This document shows, one piece after another, positions 18,693 through 29,482 of a stretch of 64,000 nucleotides of DNA. A model generated the notes under the pieces. The model ran no database searches. It was not told the origin of the DNA and saw nothing but the letters and a program-made list of their open reading frames with translations. Source of the DNA: Rhizobiaceae bacterium (GTDB lineage: Bacteria; Pseudomonadota; Alphaproteobacteria; Rhizobiales; Rhizobiaceae); contig JARGOX010000013.1 of assembly GCA_029233925.1 (NCBI GenBank), positions 48,056 through 112,055 of the forward strand, in the 5' to 3' direction. Position 1 is the first letter of the stretch. Each line of letters opens with the position of its first letter. Both the position numbers and the translations under genes were made by a program.

Positions 18693-21600
18693 TTGCCTAT
18701 AACCAAAATTCTCGTTGCGAACCGATCGGAAATTGCCATCAGGGTTTTCCGCGCTGCCAACGAACTGGGACTGAAAACGGTCGCGGTTTGGGCAGAAGAA
18801 GACAAGCTGGCACTGCATCGTTTCAAGGCGGATGAATCCTATCAGGTTGGCCGCGGGCCGCATCTTTCGGCCGATCTTGGGCCCATTGAGAGTTATCTGT
18901 CGATCGACGAGATGATCCGTGTTGCCAAATTATCGGGTGCCGATGCCATCCACCCAGGCTACGGGCTTTTGTCCGAGAGTCCGGAATTTGCCGACGCCTG
19001 CGCGCAAAACGATATTTTGTTCATCGGGCCCAAGCCCGAGACCATGCGTCGGCTGGGCAACAAGGTTGCGGCCCGCAATCTGGCAATGGAAGTTGGCGTT
19101 CCTGTCGTACCAGCCACTGTTCCGCTGCCTGATGATATGGACGAAGCGGCACGGATGGCCCGTGAAGTCGGCTATCCGGTGATGCTGAAGGCATCCTGGG
19201 GGGGCGGCGGTCGCGGCATGCGGGTGATCCGCTCCGAAGAGGATCTGGCGCGCGAAGTGACGGAAGGCAAGCGCGAGGCGCGAGCGGCTTTCGGCAAGGA
19301 CGAGGTCTATCTGGAAAAGCTGATCGAGCGTGCCCGGCATGTCGAGGTCCAGATTCTGGGTGATACGCACAACAATGTGGTGCATCTGTTTGAGCGTGAT
19401 TGTTCGATCCAGCGGCGCAACCAGAAGGTCGTTGAACGCGCCCCGGCGCCCTATCTCGTCGATGCGCAGCGCCAGGCATTGGCGGATTATGCAATCAAAA
19501 TAGGTGAAGCCACCCATTATGTCGGAGCCGGCACCGTCGAATTCCTGATGGATGTTGATAGCGGCAAATTCTATTTTATCGAAGTAAACCCGCGCATTCA
19601 GGTCGAGCATACGGTCACCGAGGAAGTTACAGGGATCGATATCGTCAAGGCGCAGATCCATATTCTTGACGGCCATGCCATTGGCACCCCGCAGTCGGGC
19701 GTGCCGGCGCAGGCCGATATCGCTCTCAACGGCCATGCCATGCAATGCCGGATCACCACAGAAGATCCGGAACAGAATTTCATTCCGGATTACGGTCGCA
19801 TCACCGCCTATCGCGGGGCAACGGGTTTTGGTATCCGGCTGGATGGCGGCACCGCCTATTCCGGTGCGGTGATCACACGCTTCTACGACCCGCTGTTGGA
19901 GAAGGTGACAGCCTGGGCACCCACCTCGGAAGAGGTGATCAAGCGGATGGACCGGGCGCTACGCGAATTTCGCATTCGCGGTGTGGCGACCAATCTGACA
20001 TTTCTGGAAGCCATTATCGGCCACGCGCATTTTCGCGACAACAGCTACACGACCAAATTCATTGACAATACACCGGAACTGTTCGCGCAGGTCAGACGAC
20101 AGGACCGGGCCACCCGGCTGTTGACCTATCTGGCCGATGTCACCATCAACGGCCATCCCGAAACGCGCAACAGGGTGCTCCCTGCCGCAGATGCGAATCT
20201 GCCCGCCGTGCCGCATGTCGGCCCTGGTGAAGTCAGAGACGGCAGCAAGCAGCGGCTCGACTCCATGGGGCCGAAGAAATTCGGCGAATGGATGCGCAAT
20301 GAAAAGCGGGTGCTGGTGACCGACACAACCATGCGCGACGGCCATCAGTCATTGCTGGCCACCCGCATGCGGACCTATGATATCGCACGTATCTCCGGCA
20401 CCTATGCGCGGGCACTGCCCAATCTCCTGTCACTTGAATGCTGGGGTGGCGCGACCTTCGACGTGTCGATGCGGTTCCTGACCGAAGATCCATGGGAACG
20501 TCTGTCGAAGATCCGAGCCGGTGCTCCCAATATCCTGTTGCAGATGCTGCTGCGCGGCGCCAATGGTGTCGGTTACAAGAATTATCCCGACAATGTGGTT
20601 CGGCATTTCGTCAAGCAGGCTGCGGCCGGCGGGATCGACCTCTTCCGCGTTTTCGACTGCCTGAACTGGGTGGACAACATGCGCGTGTCGATGGATGCCG
20701 TATGCGAAGAGGACAAATTGTGTGAAGCGGCGATCTGCTATACCGGGGATATCCTGAATTCTGCTCGGCCGAAATATGACCTGAAATATTATACCGACCT
20801 GGCACGGGAACTGACCGATGCCGGAGCGCATATCATTGCGCTGAAGGACATGGCCGGTCTGCTCAAGCCAGCTGCAGCGACAATTCTTATCAAGGCGTTG
20901 CGGGACTCCACCGATCTGCCCATTCATTTCCACACGCATGACACCTCGGGAATTTCGGCGGCAACGGTCCTGGCGGCGGTGGATGCCGGTGTCGATGCCG
21001 TTGATGCGGCCATGGACGCGCTGTCGGGCAATACGTCCCAGCCCTGCCTCGGGTCGATTGTCGAGGCTCTGCGCGGCACGGAACGCGATCCGCAACTCGA
21101 TCCGGAGTGGATACGCCGTATTTCCTTCTACTGGGAGGAGGTCCGTGCGCAATATGTGGCCTTTGAAAGTGACCTGAAGGGACCAGCCTCGGAAGTCTAT
21201 CTGCATGAAATGCCGGGTGGTCAGTTCACCAACCTGAAGGAACAGGCGCGGTCTCTGGGGCTTGAAAGCCGATGGCACGAAGTTGCCCAGACCTATGCCG
21301 ATGTCAACCAGATGTTCGGTGACATCGTCAAGGTGACCCCCTCGTCGAAGGTGGTGGGTGACATGGCGCTGATGATGGTTTCCCAGGACCTGTCGGTGGA
21401 AGATGTGAAGGACCCGCAACGCGACGTTTCTTTCCCCGATTCGGTGGTATCGATGATGCGCGGTGATCTGGGGCAATCTCCGGGTGGCTGGCCGAAGGAT
21501 ATTCAAGACAAGGTGCTGAAGGGCGATGCGCCCTATACGGTGCGTCCGGGTTCATTGCTGGAAGACGCTGACCTTGAAGCCGAACGCAAGACAATCGAGA

Positions 21601-22154
21601 CAACATTGGACCGGCCGGTCAATGAATTCGAATTTGCGTCCTACATGATGTATCCGAAGGTCTTTACCGACTATGCCATGGCGCTCAATACCTATGGTCC
21701 GGTCTCCACTCTGCCCACGCCTTCCTATTTCTACGGCCTGCCGACAGGCAATGAATTGTTTGTGGACCTTGAAAAAGGCGTCACACTGGTTGTTCGAAAC
21801 CTGGCCGTCAGTGAAGCCAATGAAAAGGGCATGGTGACGGTATTCTTCGAACTCAATGGCCAGCCGCGCCGTATTCTGGTGCCCGACCGGATTCATGGCG
21901 TTTCCGCCGCAGCGCAACGCCGCAAGGCGGAAGCCGGCAATGACAGCCAGGTGGGCGCGCCGATGCCAGGCGTAGTCTCCACCGTCTCTGTTGCTGCAGG
22001 ACAAAAGGTGCAGGCCGGCGACGTCCTGTTGTCGATCGAGGCCATGAAAATGGAAACGGCCATACATGCGGAAAGAGATGCGGTTGTATCGGAAGTCCTC
22101 GTCAAAACGGGCGATCAGATCGATGCAAAGGACCTTCTGGTGGTCTATTCCTGA
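18693..22154 (+). CDS. pyc: Pyruvate carboxylase
   Basis: ILVANRSEIA biotin carboxylase start, TTMRDGHQSLLATR carboxyltransferase motif, AMKM biotinylation site; TTG start with GGAG RBS. Confidence 0.96.
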   Translation: MPITKILVANRSEIAIRVFRAANELGLKTVAVWAEEDKLALHRFKADESYQVGRGPHLSADLGPIESYLSIDEMIRVAKLSGADAIHPGYGLLSESPEFADACAQNDILFIGPKPETMRRLGNKVAARNLAMEVGVPVVPATVPLPDDMDEAARMAREVGYPVMLKASWGGGGRGMRVIRSEEDLAREVTEGKREARAAFGKDEVYLEKLIERARHVEVQILGDTHNNVVHLFERDCSIQRRNQKVVERAPAPYLVDAQRQALADYAIKIGEATHYVGAGTVEFLMDVDSGKFYFIEVNPRIQVEHTVTEEVTGIDIVKAQIHILDGHAIGTPQSGVPAQADIALNGHAMQCRITTEDPEQNFIPDYGRITAYRGATGFGIRLDGGTAYSGAVITRFYDPLLEKVTAWAPTSEEVIKRMDRALREFRIRGVATNLTFLEAIIGHAHFRDNSYTTKFIDNTPELFAQVRRQDRATRLLTYLADVTINGHPETRNRVLPAADANLPAVPHVGPGEVRDGSKQRLDSMGPKKFGEWMRNEKRVLVTDTTMRDGHQSLLATRMRTYDIARISGTYARALPNLLSLECWGGATFDVSMRFLTEDPWERLSKIRAGAPNILLQMLLRGANGVGYKNYPDNVVRHFVKQAAAGGIDLFRVFDCLNWVDNMRVSMDAVCEEDKLCEAAICYTGDILNSARPKYDLKYYTDLARELTDAGAHIIALKDMAGLLKPAAATILIKALRDSTDLPIHFHTHDTSGISAATVLAAVDAGVDAVDAAMDALSGNTSQPCLGSIVEALRGTERDPQLDPEWIRRISFYWEEVRAQYVAFESDLKGPASEVYLHEMPGGQFTNLKEQARSLGLESRWHEVAQTYADVNQMFGDIVKVTPSSKVVGDMALMMVSQDLSVEDVKDPQRDVSFPDSVVSMMRGDLGQSPGGWPKDIQDKVLKGDAPYTVRPGSLLEDADLEAERKTIETTLDRPVNEFEFASYMMYPKVFTDYAMALNTYGPVSTLPTPSYFYGLPTGNELFVDLEKGVTLVVRNLAVSEANEKGMVTVFFELNGQPRRILVPDRIHGVSAAAQRRKAEAGNDSQVGAPMPGVVSTVSVAAGQKVQAGDVLLSIEAMKMETAIHAERDAVVSEVLVKTGDQIDAKDLLVVYS

Positions 22155-22213
22155 TGTCATGGATCGTGATGTGTGGGGCCACAAAATGTTCTATTGCGTT
22201 CTGACCCACGCTA

Positions 22214-23392
22214 TTGTCTGAAGGGGAACCGGGGCGCATGCGGGCAGCAGTATCGGCACTTTTCCTGATGAATGGATTCATCGTCGGCAGTTGGGCACCC
22301 CTGGTGCCGGAAGTCGCGGGGCGTCACGGATTGTCGGAAACCCAAATGGGTCTGATGATACTGGCGCTGGGGCTGGGTTCACTGTTTGTCATGCCCCTGT
22401 CGGGTGCATTGATCGCCCGTATTGGCACGCTGCCGGTGCTGCGCGCGACCAGCGTGCTGTGTGGGCTGGTCATCCTGCCTGTTGCGCTGGCGCCCAATGT
22501 GGGAGTGCTTGTGGCCGCGTTGTTTGTGTTTGGTGGCATCATCGGTTCAATGGACATTGCCATGAATTCCAACGCGGTCGTGGTGGAAAGGCGTTTGACG
22601 CGTGCCATCATGTCATCGTGCCACGGTTTCTGGAGCCTTGGCGGCCTGTGTGGCGCTGTTTCGGGTGGCGTGTTGATCGACTGGCTGGGTACGTCGGCAC
22701 AGGCTATCGTTGTGTCTCTGATATCTCTTGCCCTGGCTCTGGCCTGTTTCAACCGTCTTGCACCTGATCTTCCGCTGCTCTCGCAAGACAAACCGCGTTT
22801 CCGGCTGAGTCTCGCACCGATGCCCTATCTGCTGGGTCTTGTCGCCCTGTTTTCCATGGTACCTGAAGGGGCGATCCTCGATTGGGGCGCCCTTTACCTA
22901 AGACAGGATCTTGGAGCAGATGTGACCTATTCCGGCCTGGCCTTTGGCGCTGTTGCCGCAACCATGGCCCTGATGCGCTTTGTGGGTGACGCTGTCCGCC
23001 AGCGCTTTGGTTCTGTCAGGACGGTGCGTTATTCGGCCATTGTCGGTGCATGCGGCATGGTCATGGCGGCAACAGCCAGCGATTCGACCTGGGCCATTGC
23101 CGGTTTTGCGCTGGCCGGTATCGGTATTGCCAATCTGGTGCCGGTGGTCTTTTCAGCGGCCGGAAACCTGCCTGACCTGCCGCCGGGTGTCGGCATATCC
23201 ATTGCCACATCCATGGGCTATTCCGGCATTTTGCTGGCGCCTGCACTGATCGGTTTCGTGGCCGAACACAACAGTTTTTCAGTCGCATTCATGGGGTTGG
23301 CCGCCCTGTTTGCTGTGGTGCTCATGCTTTCGGCCATCGTACATCCGGCCGATCTCGTGGCGCCTGCAGAGGGGGCAGCTGAACCTCTCTAG
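22214..23392 (+). CDS. MFS transporter (YbjJ-like)
   Basis: About 12 hydrophobic segments; DIAMNSNAVVVE, SSCHGFWSLG, EGAILDWGALY motifs. Confidence 0.85.
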   Translation: MSEGEPGRMRAAVSALFLMNGFIVGSWAPLVPEVAGRHGLSETQMGLMILALGLGSLFVMPLSGALIARIGTLPVLRATSVLCGLVILPVALAPNVGVLVAALFVFGGIIGSMDIAMNSNAVVVERRLTRAIMSSCHGFWSLGGLCGAVSGGVLIDWLGTSAQAIVVSLISLALALACFNRLAPDLPLLSQDKPRFRLSLAPMPYLLGLVALFSMVPEGAILDWGALYLRQDLGADVTYSGLAFGAVAATMALMRFVGDAVRQRFGSVRTVRYSAIVGACGMVMAATASDSTWAIAGFALAGIGIANLVPVVFSAAGNLPDLPPGVGISIATSMGYSGILLAPALIGFVAEHNSFSVAFMGLAALFAVVLMLSAIVHPADLVAPAEGAAEPL

Positions 23393-23398
23393 GAGGTG

Positions 23399-24334
23399 TC
23401 ATTGCTGGAGCAGAAGTGCACCCGGCAGAATCGCGAATTCAGCCTTCAGATATCCCGGTGATTCACCATCGATGTCCAGCGGCACCTTGCCGTTGCCGGG
23501 GGCCATTACCTCGGCCACGATGCGGCGGCCCTTGCGCGCGATGATCATCCGATGGTTCATATGGGCACCGCGATAGACCTGGGTCAGGTCCTTGATGAGG
23601 CTCAATCTGGAACCGCAACTCAGGACAATGATTTCAAACAGGCCGGAGTCCAGACGGGCCTGCGGTGCAATGCGCATGCCACCACCGAAATATTGACCAT
23701 TTGCAATGGCCGCCATGGTCAGGTCGACCAGGAAGGGCTCCGTGTCGTCAATGGTCAGGCGCACGGTCTGATTCTCATGGCGCATCAGGGCGCGCAGGGT
23801 TGCCAGATAGAAGACAAGTTTTCCCGGCAGGATACCTGTGACCCGGTCGGCATTGACCTGCCGGTCGACCGCGCCGGAAAGACCCATGCTGGCAATATTG
23901 ATAAACAGGCGCGAATCACGCTGACCGGCATCATCGGTATAGGTCACCCGCCCAAGGTCTATGCGACGGCGTTGTCCTGATGCAATGGCAGCGACTGGGT
24001 CATTGCTGCAGCCTTCAGGTGCAGGGTTGCGGGCAAAATCCGCCCCGGTGCCCTCGCTGATGGCGGCAAAGGCGCAAGTAGCATTCACAGTGCCCATGGC
24101 ATCGGTAAAGCCGTTGACTGTTTCGCTTATGGTGCCATCACCGCCGACGGCAATGACCAATGTTGCACCCCCGGCGATGGCCTGGCGTGCCAAATGGGAG
24201 GCTTCGCCGTTGCCGGTTGTCAGAGCATGATCAAAGGGTCCGATCTGGTCGGCAATCCGCTTTGCGATATCCGGCCATCGGCGGCCTGTTCTCCCGCTGC
24301 CAGCCTGCGGATTGACCACAACAAAAACGCTCAT
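23399..24334 (-). CDS. Diacylglycerol kinase family (YegS/BmrU-like) lipid kinase
   Basis: VVNPQAGSG, GGDGT, GTGADFAR, ANGQYFGGG, DIDGE motifs. Confidence 0.9.
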   Translation of the reverse strand: MSVFVVVNPQAGSGRTGRRWPDIAKRIADQIGPFDHALTTGNGEASHLARQAIAGGATLVIAVGGDGTISETVNGFTDAMGTVNATCAFAAISEGTGADFARNPAPEGCSNDPVAAIASGQRRRIDLGRVTYTDDAGQRDSRLFINIASMGLSGAVDRQVNADRVTGILPGKLVFYLATLRALMRHENQTVRLTIDDTEPFLVDLTMAAIANGQYFGGGMRIAPQARLDSGLFEIIVLSCGSRLSLIKDLTQVYRGAHMNHRMIIARKGRRIVAEVMAPGNGKVPLDIDGESPGYLKAEFAILPGALLLQQ

Positions 24335-24482
24335 AAACTGGCAATAAAGCGGTTCACCATCAAATGGAAGCATTTGATGGTGGAAAGCCGGTTTGCGCCA
24401 ATTGACTTGATATCTGACTGCGCGCGTCGATTTGCGCCTATGGCTTTGGTTTGCAATCGCGGTACTTAACCATCACCCGGCT

Positions 24483-25400
24483 TCAGCGCTCAACTGTATC
24501 GTGTTCCGGCATTCCCTGCTTCAATGGCAAGGCACTGACGTGTTCATGCAGGAAATCCATCACGCGACGGATACGCTGGCTGGTGCGCAATTCGCGGTGC
24601 GAAGCCAGCCAGACCGGCAGAGCCGGGATCGTGATGTCGGGCAGAATACGTCGCAGGCCCGGCGCGCCATTGGCCAGAAAATGTGCCGCAAATCCAATTC
24701 CTGCTCCCGCTTTGATCAATTCCCAATAGGCAACCTGATCATCGGTGCGCACCGAAAACATGGTTCGCTCTGCGGCAATTCCAAAATCACGCATGCCGTC
24801 GATAATCAGGTTGGACCGATCCATGCCGATAAGCCGGTGCCGGAAAAACTCTTCCATGTTGGCTGGTTCGCCCCGGCGGGCAAGATAATGCTCATGGGCA
24901 TAGATCCCCATGCCCATTTCGTTTGTTTTGCGGGCGATGACATCATTTTGCATGGGACGCACCATCCTGACGGCGATGTCGGCATCACGTCTGAGCAGGT
25001 TTTCAAGCGTATTGCTGGGGACAAGTTCGACCTCAATGTCGGGCTCGGCAATGCCCAGGGCCGCAATGATCGGCGGCAAAACATAAGTGGAGACGATATC
25101 GCTGGCGGTGATCCGTATGGAACCGCTGACCGATTGTGCGCTGCCGGCGGCCTTGAGGGCAATACGGTCGGCTTCGTCCCGCATGCCTCTGGCGTCATCG
25201 ACGATCGACAGGCCGGCTTCAGTCAGCGCCATGCCTTTTCGGCTGCGGATAAACAATGCCAGCCCCAAAGAGACCTCCAGCGCATTGATGTGCCGCCCCA
25301 GCGTCGGCTGGCTCATGCCCAGATGACTCGCTGCGGCGGCCAGCGTTCCACGTTCTGCGACTGCAAGAAAACACTGTACCTGTTGCCAGTCCATCATCAC
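24483..25400 (-). CDS. LysR family transcriptional regulator
   Basis: N-terminal HTH (FLAVAERGTLAAAASHLGMSQPTLGRHI...LTEAG); divergent from the epimerase gene. Confidence 0.92.
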   Translation of the reverse strand: MMMDWQQVQCFLAVAERGTLAAAASHLGMSQPTLGRHINALEVSLGLALFIRSRKGMALTEAGLSIVDDARGMRDEADRIALKAAGSAQSVSGSIRITASDIVSTYVLPPIIAALGIAEPDIEVELVPSNTLENLLRRDADIAVRMVRPMQNDVIARKTNEMGMGIYAHEHYLARRGEPANMEEFFRHRLIGMDRSNLIIDGMRDFGIAAERTMFSVRTDDQVAYWELIKAGAGIGFAAHFLANGAPGLRRILPDITIPALPVWLASHRELRTSQRIRRVMDFLHEHVSALPLKQGMPEHDTVER

Positions 25401-25402
25401 TC

Positions 25403-25418
25403 AATTCAAATATGAATT
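25403..25418. promoter_or_regulatory. Candidate LysR recognition palindrome AATTCA-N4-TGAATT
   Basis: Palindrome in the AT-rich divergent region directly upstream of the lysR start. Confidence 0.4.
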
Positions 25419-25508
25419 ACAAGTATCCATTTATGTCGATTTAAAATACGAAATTGAAGCGATATTGTCGAGACCGATCCCGTACAGACTGATTCAAAGG
25501 AGTCTCAC

Positions 25509-26483
25509 ATGAAAACGATCGCAATACTTGGTGCCAATGGCAGGCTTTCGAATACGGCGGCAAAGGCGTTCTATCGCGCCGGATACCATGTCGTTGCCAT
25601 CACACGGACAGGCGCGGCAAAAGGGCTTCCGGCAGCAATAGAACAACGGGCCGCCAATGCGCTCGACCGGCAATCCCTGGTGCAGGCCACCCACGGTTCG
25701 GATTTCATCTTCAATGGCCTCAATCCAATCTACACGCAGTGGAAGAAAAACCTCTTGCCGATGGGCGAAAATGTCATGGCTGCGTGCCGGGAGCACGGCG
25801 CCATCCACCTTTTCCCGGGCAATGTCTACAATTACGGCCACAAGATCCCGCCCCTCGTCAAGGACGATACAGCCATCTCGAAGACAACACGCAAGGGCAC
25901 CCTGCGCTGTGCAGTGGAAGACTATTTCAGGCAGCAATCATCCAGCCATGGCGTACAGACCATCATCCTGCGCGCGGGCGACTTTTACGGTGGCAAAATG
26001 CCCGGGTCGTGGTTTGATCTTGCCATTGCTGCGAAGATGAAGAAGGGCGTCTTTACCTATCCCGGTCCGATGAATGTGGTGCACAGCTGGGCCTATCTGC
26101 CGGACCTTGCCGACAGCTTTGTGCAATTGGCCGCTCATGCCGATGAACTGTCGCCATTTGAGCAGTTTCTGTTTCCAGGGCATGCAATGACCGGCAATGA
26201 AATGAAGCGTCACTGTGAAGTGGCCATTGGTGCCGACCTCAAGCGCGCCAATGTTCCCTGGCTGTTGTTTCGGCTGGGCGCCCTGGTCGTGCCGATGCTG
26301 AGGGAGGTCTGTGAAATGTCCTACCTGTGGAAGGAGCCGCATGCGCTGGATGGGCACAAATTGGAGGTTCTGATCGGTGCGATACCGATAACAGACACAC
26401 AGACAGCCATTGCCACCTCACTTGCTAAGCTAGGTGTGATCGCACCGGCTGTGCGCCCGGAGAATCTCCCCGTTGTCGCCTGA
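25509..26483 (+). CDS. NAD(P)-dependent epimerase/dehydratase-like (atypical SDR) protein
   Basis: GANGRLS Rossmann motif, PGNVYNYG, RAGDFYG, HSWAYLPDLA; RBS AGGAG. Confidence 0.85.
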   Translation: MKTIAILGANGRLSNTAAKAFYRAGYHVVAITRTGAAKGLPAAIEQRAANALDRQSLVQATHGSDFIFNGLNPIYTQWKKNLLPMGENVMAACREHGAIHLFPGNVYNYGHKIPPLVKDDTAISKTTRKGTLRCAVEDYFRQQSSSHGVQTIILRAGDFYGGKMPGSWFDLAIAAKMKKGVFTYPGPMNVVHSWAYLPDLADSFVQLAAHADELSPFEQFLFPGHAMTGNEMKRHCEVAIGADLKRANVPWLLFRLGALVVPMLREVCEMSYLWKEPHALDGHKLEVLIGAIPITDTQTAIATSLAKLGVIAPAVRPENLPVVA

Positions 26484-26516
26484 ACTATGCCTGTCTCACG
26501 TGCAGTGAAAACGAAG

Positions 26517-26549
26517 GTGTTTCCGGGAGTTGTGTCTTTCCGGAAACAC
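26517..26549. terminator. Hairpin between convergent genes, likely terminator
   Basis: Perfect 10-bp stem GTGTTTCCGG / CCGGAAACAC with a 13-nt loop. No strong U-tract. Confidence 0.5.
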
Positions 26550-26598
26550 GGTGGCAATGCATCATTGACGGCGCTTGCTGTCTGTTGCGCCTGAAAAT

Positions 26599-28902
26599 TC
26601 AGGCGAAATCAACCTCCCGCGACAGCGGAAGCTGCCGGATGCGTTTTGCATTGAGTGCGAAAATGGCGTTGGCAAGGGCGGGTATGGACGGCGGTGTTCC
26701 CGGTTCGCCCGCACCACCCATATGCGGGGAATTTTCCAGTATCTCCACTTCTATGGCGGGGCACTGATTCATCCGCATCGCGTCAAAATCGTGAAAATTC
26801 GATTGTTCGACCATGCCCTCGGAGAAGGTGATTTCCTGGCCGGTGGCCGATGACAGGCCAAAGATGATCCCCGACACCATCTGCGCCTTGAATATGGCTG
26901 GATCCAGGACTTCTCCGGGATCGGCGACACACCAGACCTTTTCGATCTTGATCGAACCATCAATCTCCCTGACCTGGACGATCTGCGCGACCCAGGTTCC
27001 AAACGAGAGCGTAAAGGCAATGCCCTGTGCCCGGCCATTCGGCAATTTCTCGCCCCAATGGGCCATCTGTGCGACTTTTTCCAGCAGCTGGGTGGCGACC
27101 GGCCAGGATTTGCTCAGTTCCAGGCGCAGGGCCAATGGGTCCTTGCCGGTGCTTGCGGCAATTTCGTCAAGAAAACTTTCCTGCATGAAGGCGTTGTAGG
27201 AATTGCCGACCGAGCGCCAGAAACCGACGGGGACCGCAATGTCTGCCTTGGCCGCGTCAATGCGGACATTGTCGATTGCATAGGGCTGATCATAGGCACC
27301 CTCGATGAGGGTCTTGTCGGGACCGGCCATCGGAAGGCTGGGATAGGTGCGGCCGATAACGCTGGCGGTGACGGATGGCGCCGCCACTGCTGCATGCAGT
27401 GCTGTAGGAAGGCCCTGATCGTTCAGCAGTGCCCGATAACGAGCAAGCGCGGCAGGGCGATAGGTATCGTGGGTGGTGTCTTCTTCCCGCGTCCAGGTGA
27501 CCTTGACCGGCCTGCCGTCAGTCAACATGGCCAATTTTGTCGCATAGATGGAGAAATCGACTTCGGCTCGCCGGCCGAAGCCGCCACCCATGAATGTTGT
27601 ATGCACATGGACCTGATCCGAATCGAGGTTGGCCACAGAAGCGCAGACGGAACGGATGATCGTCGGCGACTGGTTCGGTGCCCAGATATCCAGCTTGCCG
27701 TCCTTTAAGCGCGCTGTGGCGTTCATCGGTTCCATCGTGGCATGGGCCAGAAACGGAACTTCATATTCGGCCTCCAGAATCTGGTCCGGGGTGCTGTTTG
27801 CAAAGGCCTTGTCTGGATCACCGACTTCGCGCAATGAAAAGCGATCGCCGGATTGCATGGCCTCGCGCAGTCGCGCGGTGATTTGTGCCGAATCAGCCGG
27901 GTAGGGCGCTGGTCCCCAGTCGACATTGACAGCTTCGGCGGCCTGAAAGGCGCGCCAGCTGTTGTCGGCGATAATGGCAAACCCGTTGCCGGTCTGGCTT
28001 TCGATCGGCACGACCTTGATGACACCCTTCATGTCTTCCGCCTGTCGGGCATCGATGGAATTGACGCGGCCGCCAAGATGCGGATTCATCTTGACCGTGG
28101 CGTAGACCATGTCGGGAAGTTCCACGTCGATGCCGAATATCGGTGCGCCGGTTACCTTTTGCCTGATATCCGTGCGGGGCTGCGATTTGCCAAGCAGTTT
28201 CCATTGCGAACGGGTGCGCAGTTGCATGTCGGCTGGTGGCGACATTGTTGCCGCACTCGCTGCCAGTTCGCCATAGGTTGCCGAAAGACCGCTGACCGGG
28301 TCCTCTACCCTGCCGTTTTCGGTGACCAGAGCGGCGGGCGAAACGTCAAATTTTTCCGCTGCTGCCTGTTTGAGGACTTCCCTTGCCGCGCAACCGGCAA
28401 AGCGCATTTTTTCAAACGCATCGACTGTTGAAGAGGAGCCGCCGGTTGCCTGAATGGCGAGGAATCTGGACAGGATCTCCATGGAGCCGCGATATCCACC
28501 AGCGGTAAAACTGTCGTCGAAGGCCGGCACCGGTGCGGAGTCGATGAGCATTGCCTGATTGAGATAGGCGGAGGATGCCGGGCCGTGTTCAACTATCACG
28601 GCATCAAGTGCGATATCCAGTTCCTCGGCAACGAGCGCCGCCAGTGTGGTGGTGACGCCCTGGCCCATTTCGGCACGCGGAACGATGATCGTGATGGTGT
28701 TGTCTGCAGCGATTTTGACGAAAGGATTGAAAGTCGATTCACCTTTGTCCTGATCGCTGAGGAGCGGGTTATCGAAATCACGCTGGTAAAAATAATAGCC
28801 GATGGCCAATCCGCCTGCGATGGCACCGGTGCCAATCAGGAATGTTCGTCGCGCAATTTTTCCAAGGCGGGATCTTTTCGGGTTTTCTTGCTGCGCACGC
28901 AT
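26599..28902 (-). CDS. Molybdopterin-binding subunit, isoquinoline 1-oxidoreductase beta (IorB)-like
   Basis: RRTFL leader, EMGQG, TGGSSS, HATMEP, GGGFGRR, WRSV, GEPG motifs. Confidence 0.9.
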   Translation of the reverse strand: MRAQQENPKRSRLGKIARRTFLIGTGAIAGGLAIGYYFYQRDFDNPLLSDQDKGESTFNPFVKIAADNTITIIVPRAEMGQGVTTTLAALVAEELDIALDAVIVEHGPASSAYLNQAMLIDSAPVPAFDDSFTAGGYRGSMEILSRFLAIQATGGSSSTVDAFEKMRFAGCAAREVLKQAAAEKFDVSPAALVTENGRVEDPVSGLSATYGELAASAATMSPPADMQLRTRSQWKLLGKSQPRTDIRQKVTGAPIFGIDVELPDMVYATVKMNPHLGGRVNSIDARQAEDMKGVIKVVPIESQTGNGFAIIADNSWRAFQAAEAVNVDWGPAPYPADSAQITARLREAMQSGDRFSLREVGDPDKAFANSTPDQILEAEYEVPFLAHATMEPMNATARLKDGKLDIWAPNQSPTIIRSVCASVANLDSDQVHVHTTFMGGGFGRRAEVDFSIYATKLAMLTDGRPVKVTWTREEDTTHDTYRPAALARYRALLNDQGLPTALHAAVAAPSVTASVIGRTYPSLPMAGPDKTLIEGAYDQPYAIDNVRIDAAKADIAVPVGFWRSVGNSYNAFMQESFLDEIAASTGKDPLALRLELSKSWPVATQLLEKVAQMAHWGEKLPNGRAQGIAFTLSFGTWVAQIVQVREIDGSIKIEKVWCVADPGEVLDPAIFKAQMVSGIIFGLSSATGQEITFSEGMVEQSNFHDFDAMRMNQCPAIEVEILENSPHMGGAGEPGTPPSIPALANAIFALNAKRIRQLPLSREVDFA

Positions 28903-28905
28903 GGT

Positions 28906-29364
28906 TCAGGCCTCCATATTCGCGGTGGCGGCCCGCTTGATGGCGGCACGAATCCTTGGATAGGTCCCGCAACGGCACAGATTGCCGGACATGGCATCGT
29001 CGATGTCCGCGTCACTGGGATTGGGTATGTCCTGCAACAGGGCGACTGCGCTCATGATCTGGCCGGACTGGCAATAGCCGCATTGCGGCACCTGTTCTTC
29101 AATCCAGGCTTGCTGAACCGCATGAAGGGAATCATCGCTGCCAATGGCTTCGATGGTGGTGACTTCACCATCCACGTCGCCGATCGGCAATGTACAGGAG
29201 CGAACCGGTTCTCCATCAACATGCACGGTGCAGGCGCCGCATGCGGCAATGCCGCATCCAAATTTTGGTCCCTTGATGTTCAGTTCGTCGCGTAAAACCC
29301 AAAGGAGAGGCATTTCGGGTTCAATGTCCAGATCATGAACAGTCCCGTTGACAGAGAGTTTCAT
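28906..29364 (-). CDS. (2Fe-2S)-binding subunit, IorA-like
   Basis: [26 protein letters not shown] cysteine motifs; start taken at MKLSVNG. Confidence 0.92.
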   Translation of the reverse strand: MKLSVNGTVHDLDIEPEMPLLWVLRDELNIKGPKFGCGIAACGACTVHVDGEPVRSCTLPIGDVDGEVTTIEAIGSDDSLHAVQQAWIEEQVPQCGYCQSGQIMSAVALLQDIPNPSDADIDDAMSGNLCRCGTYPRIRAAIKRAATANMEA

Positions 29365-29482
29365 GGCTTTTCTTCCTTTGGGCCGGACTTGCGCTAAGCA
29401 TCGTCTATGGTGCACTAGTGCACTTGCTGATGGCAGCAGAGTGCAATTATGACAAAATAACAAAAAGTGTCAGAATGTCAAT

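Noticed and set aside
24466-24473. CtrA half-site TTAACCAT upstream of the lipid kinase gene
   Set aside because: Single half-site with no partner at N7 spacing; weak alone.
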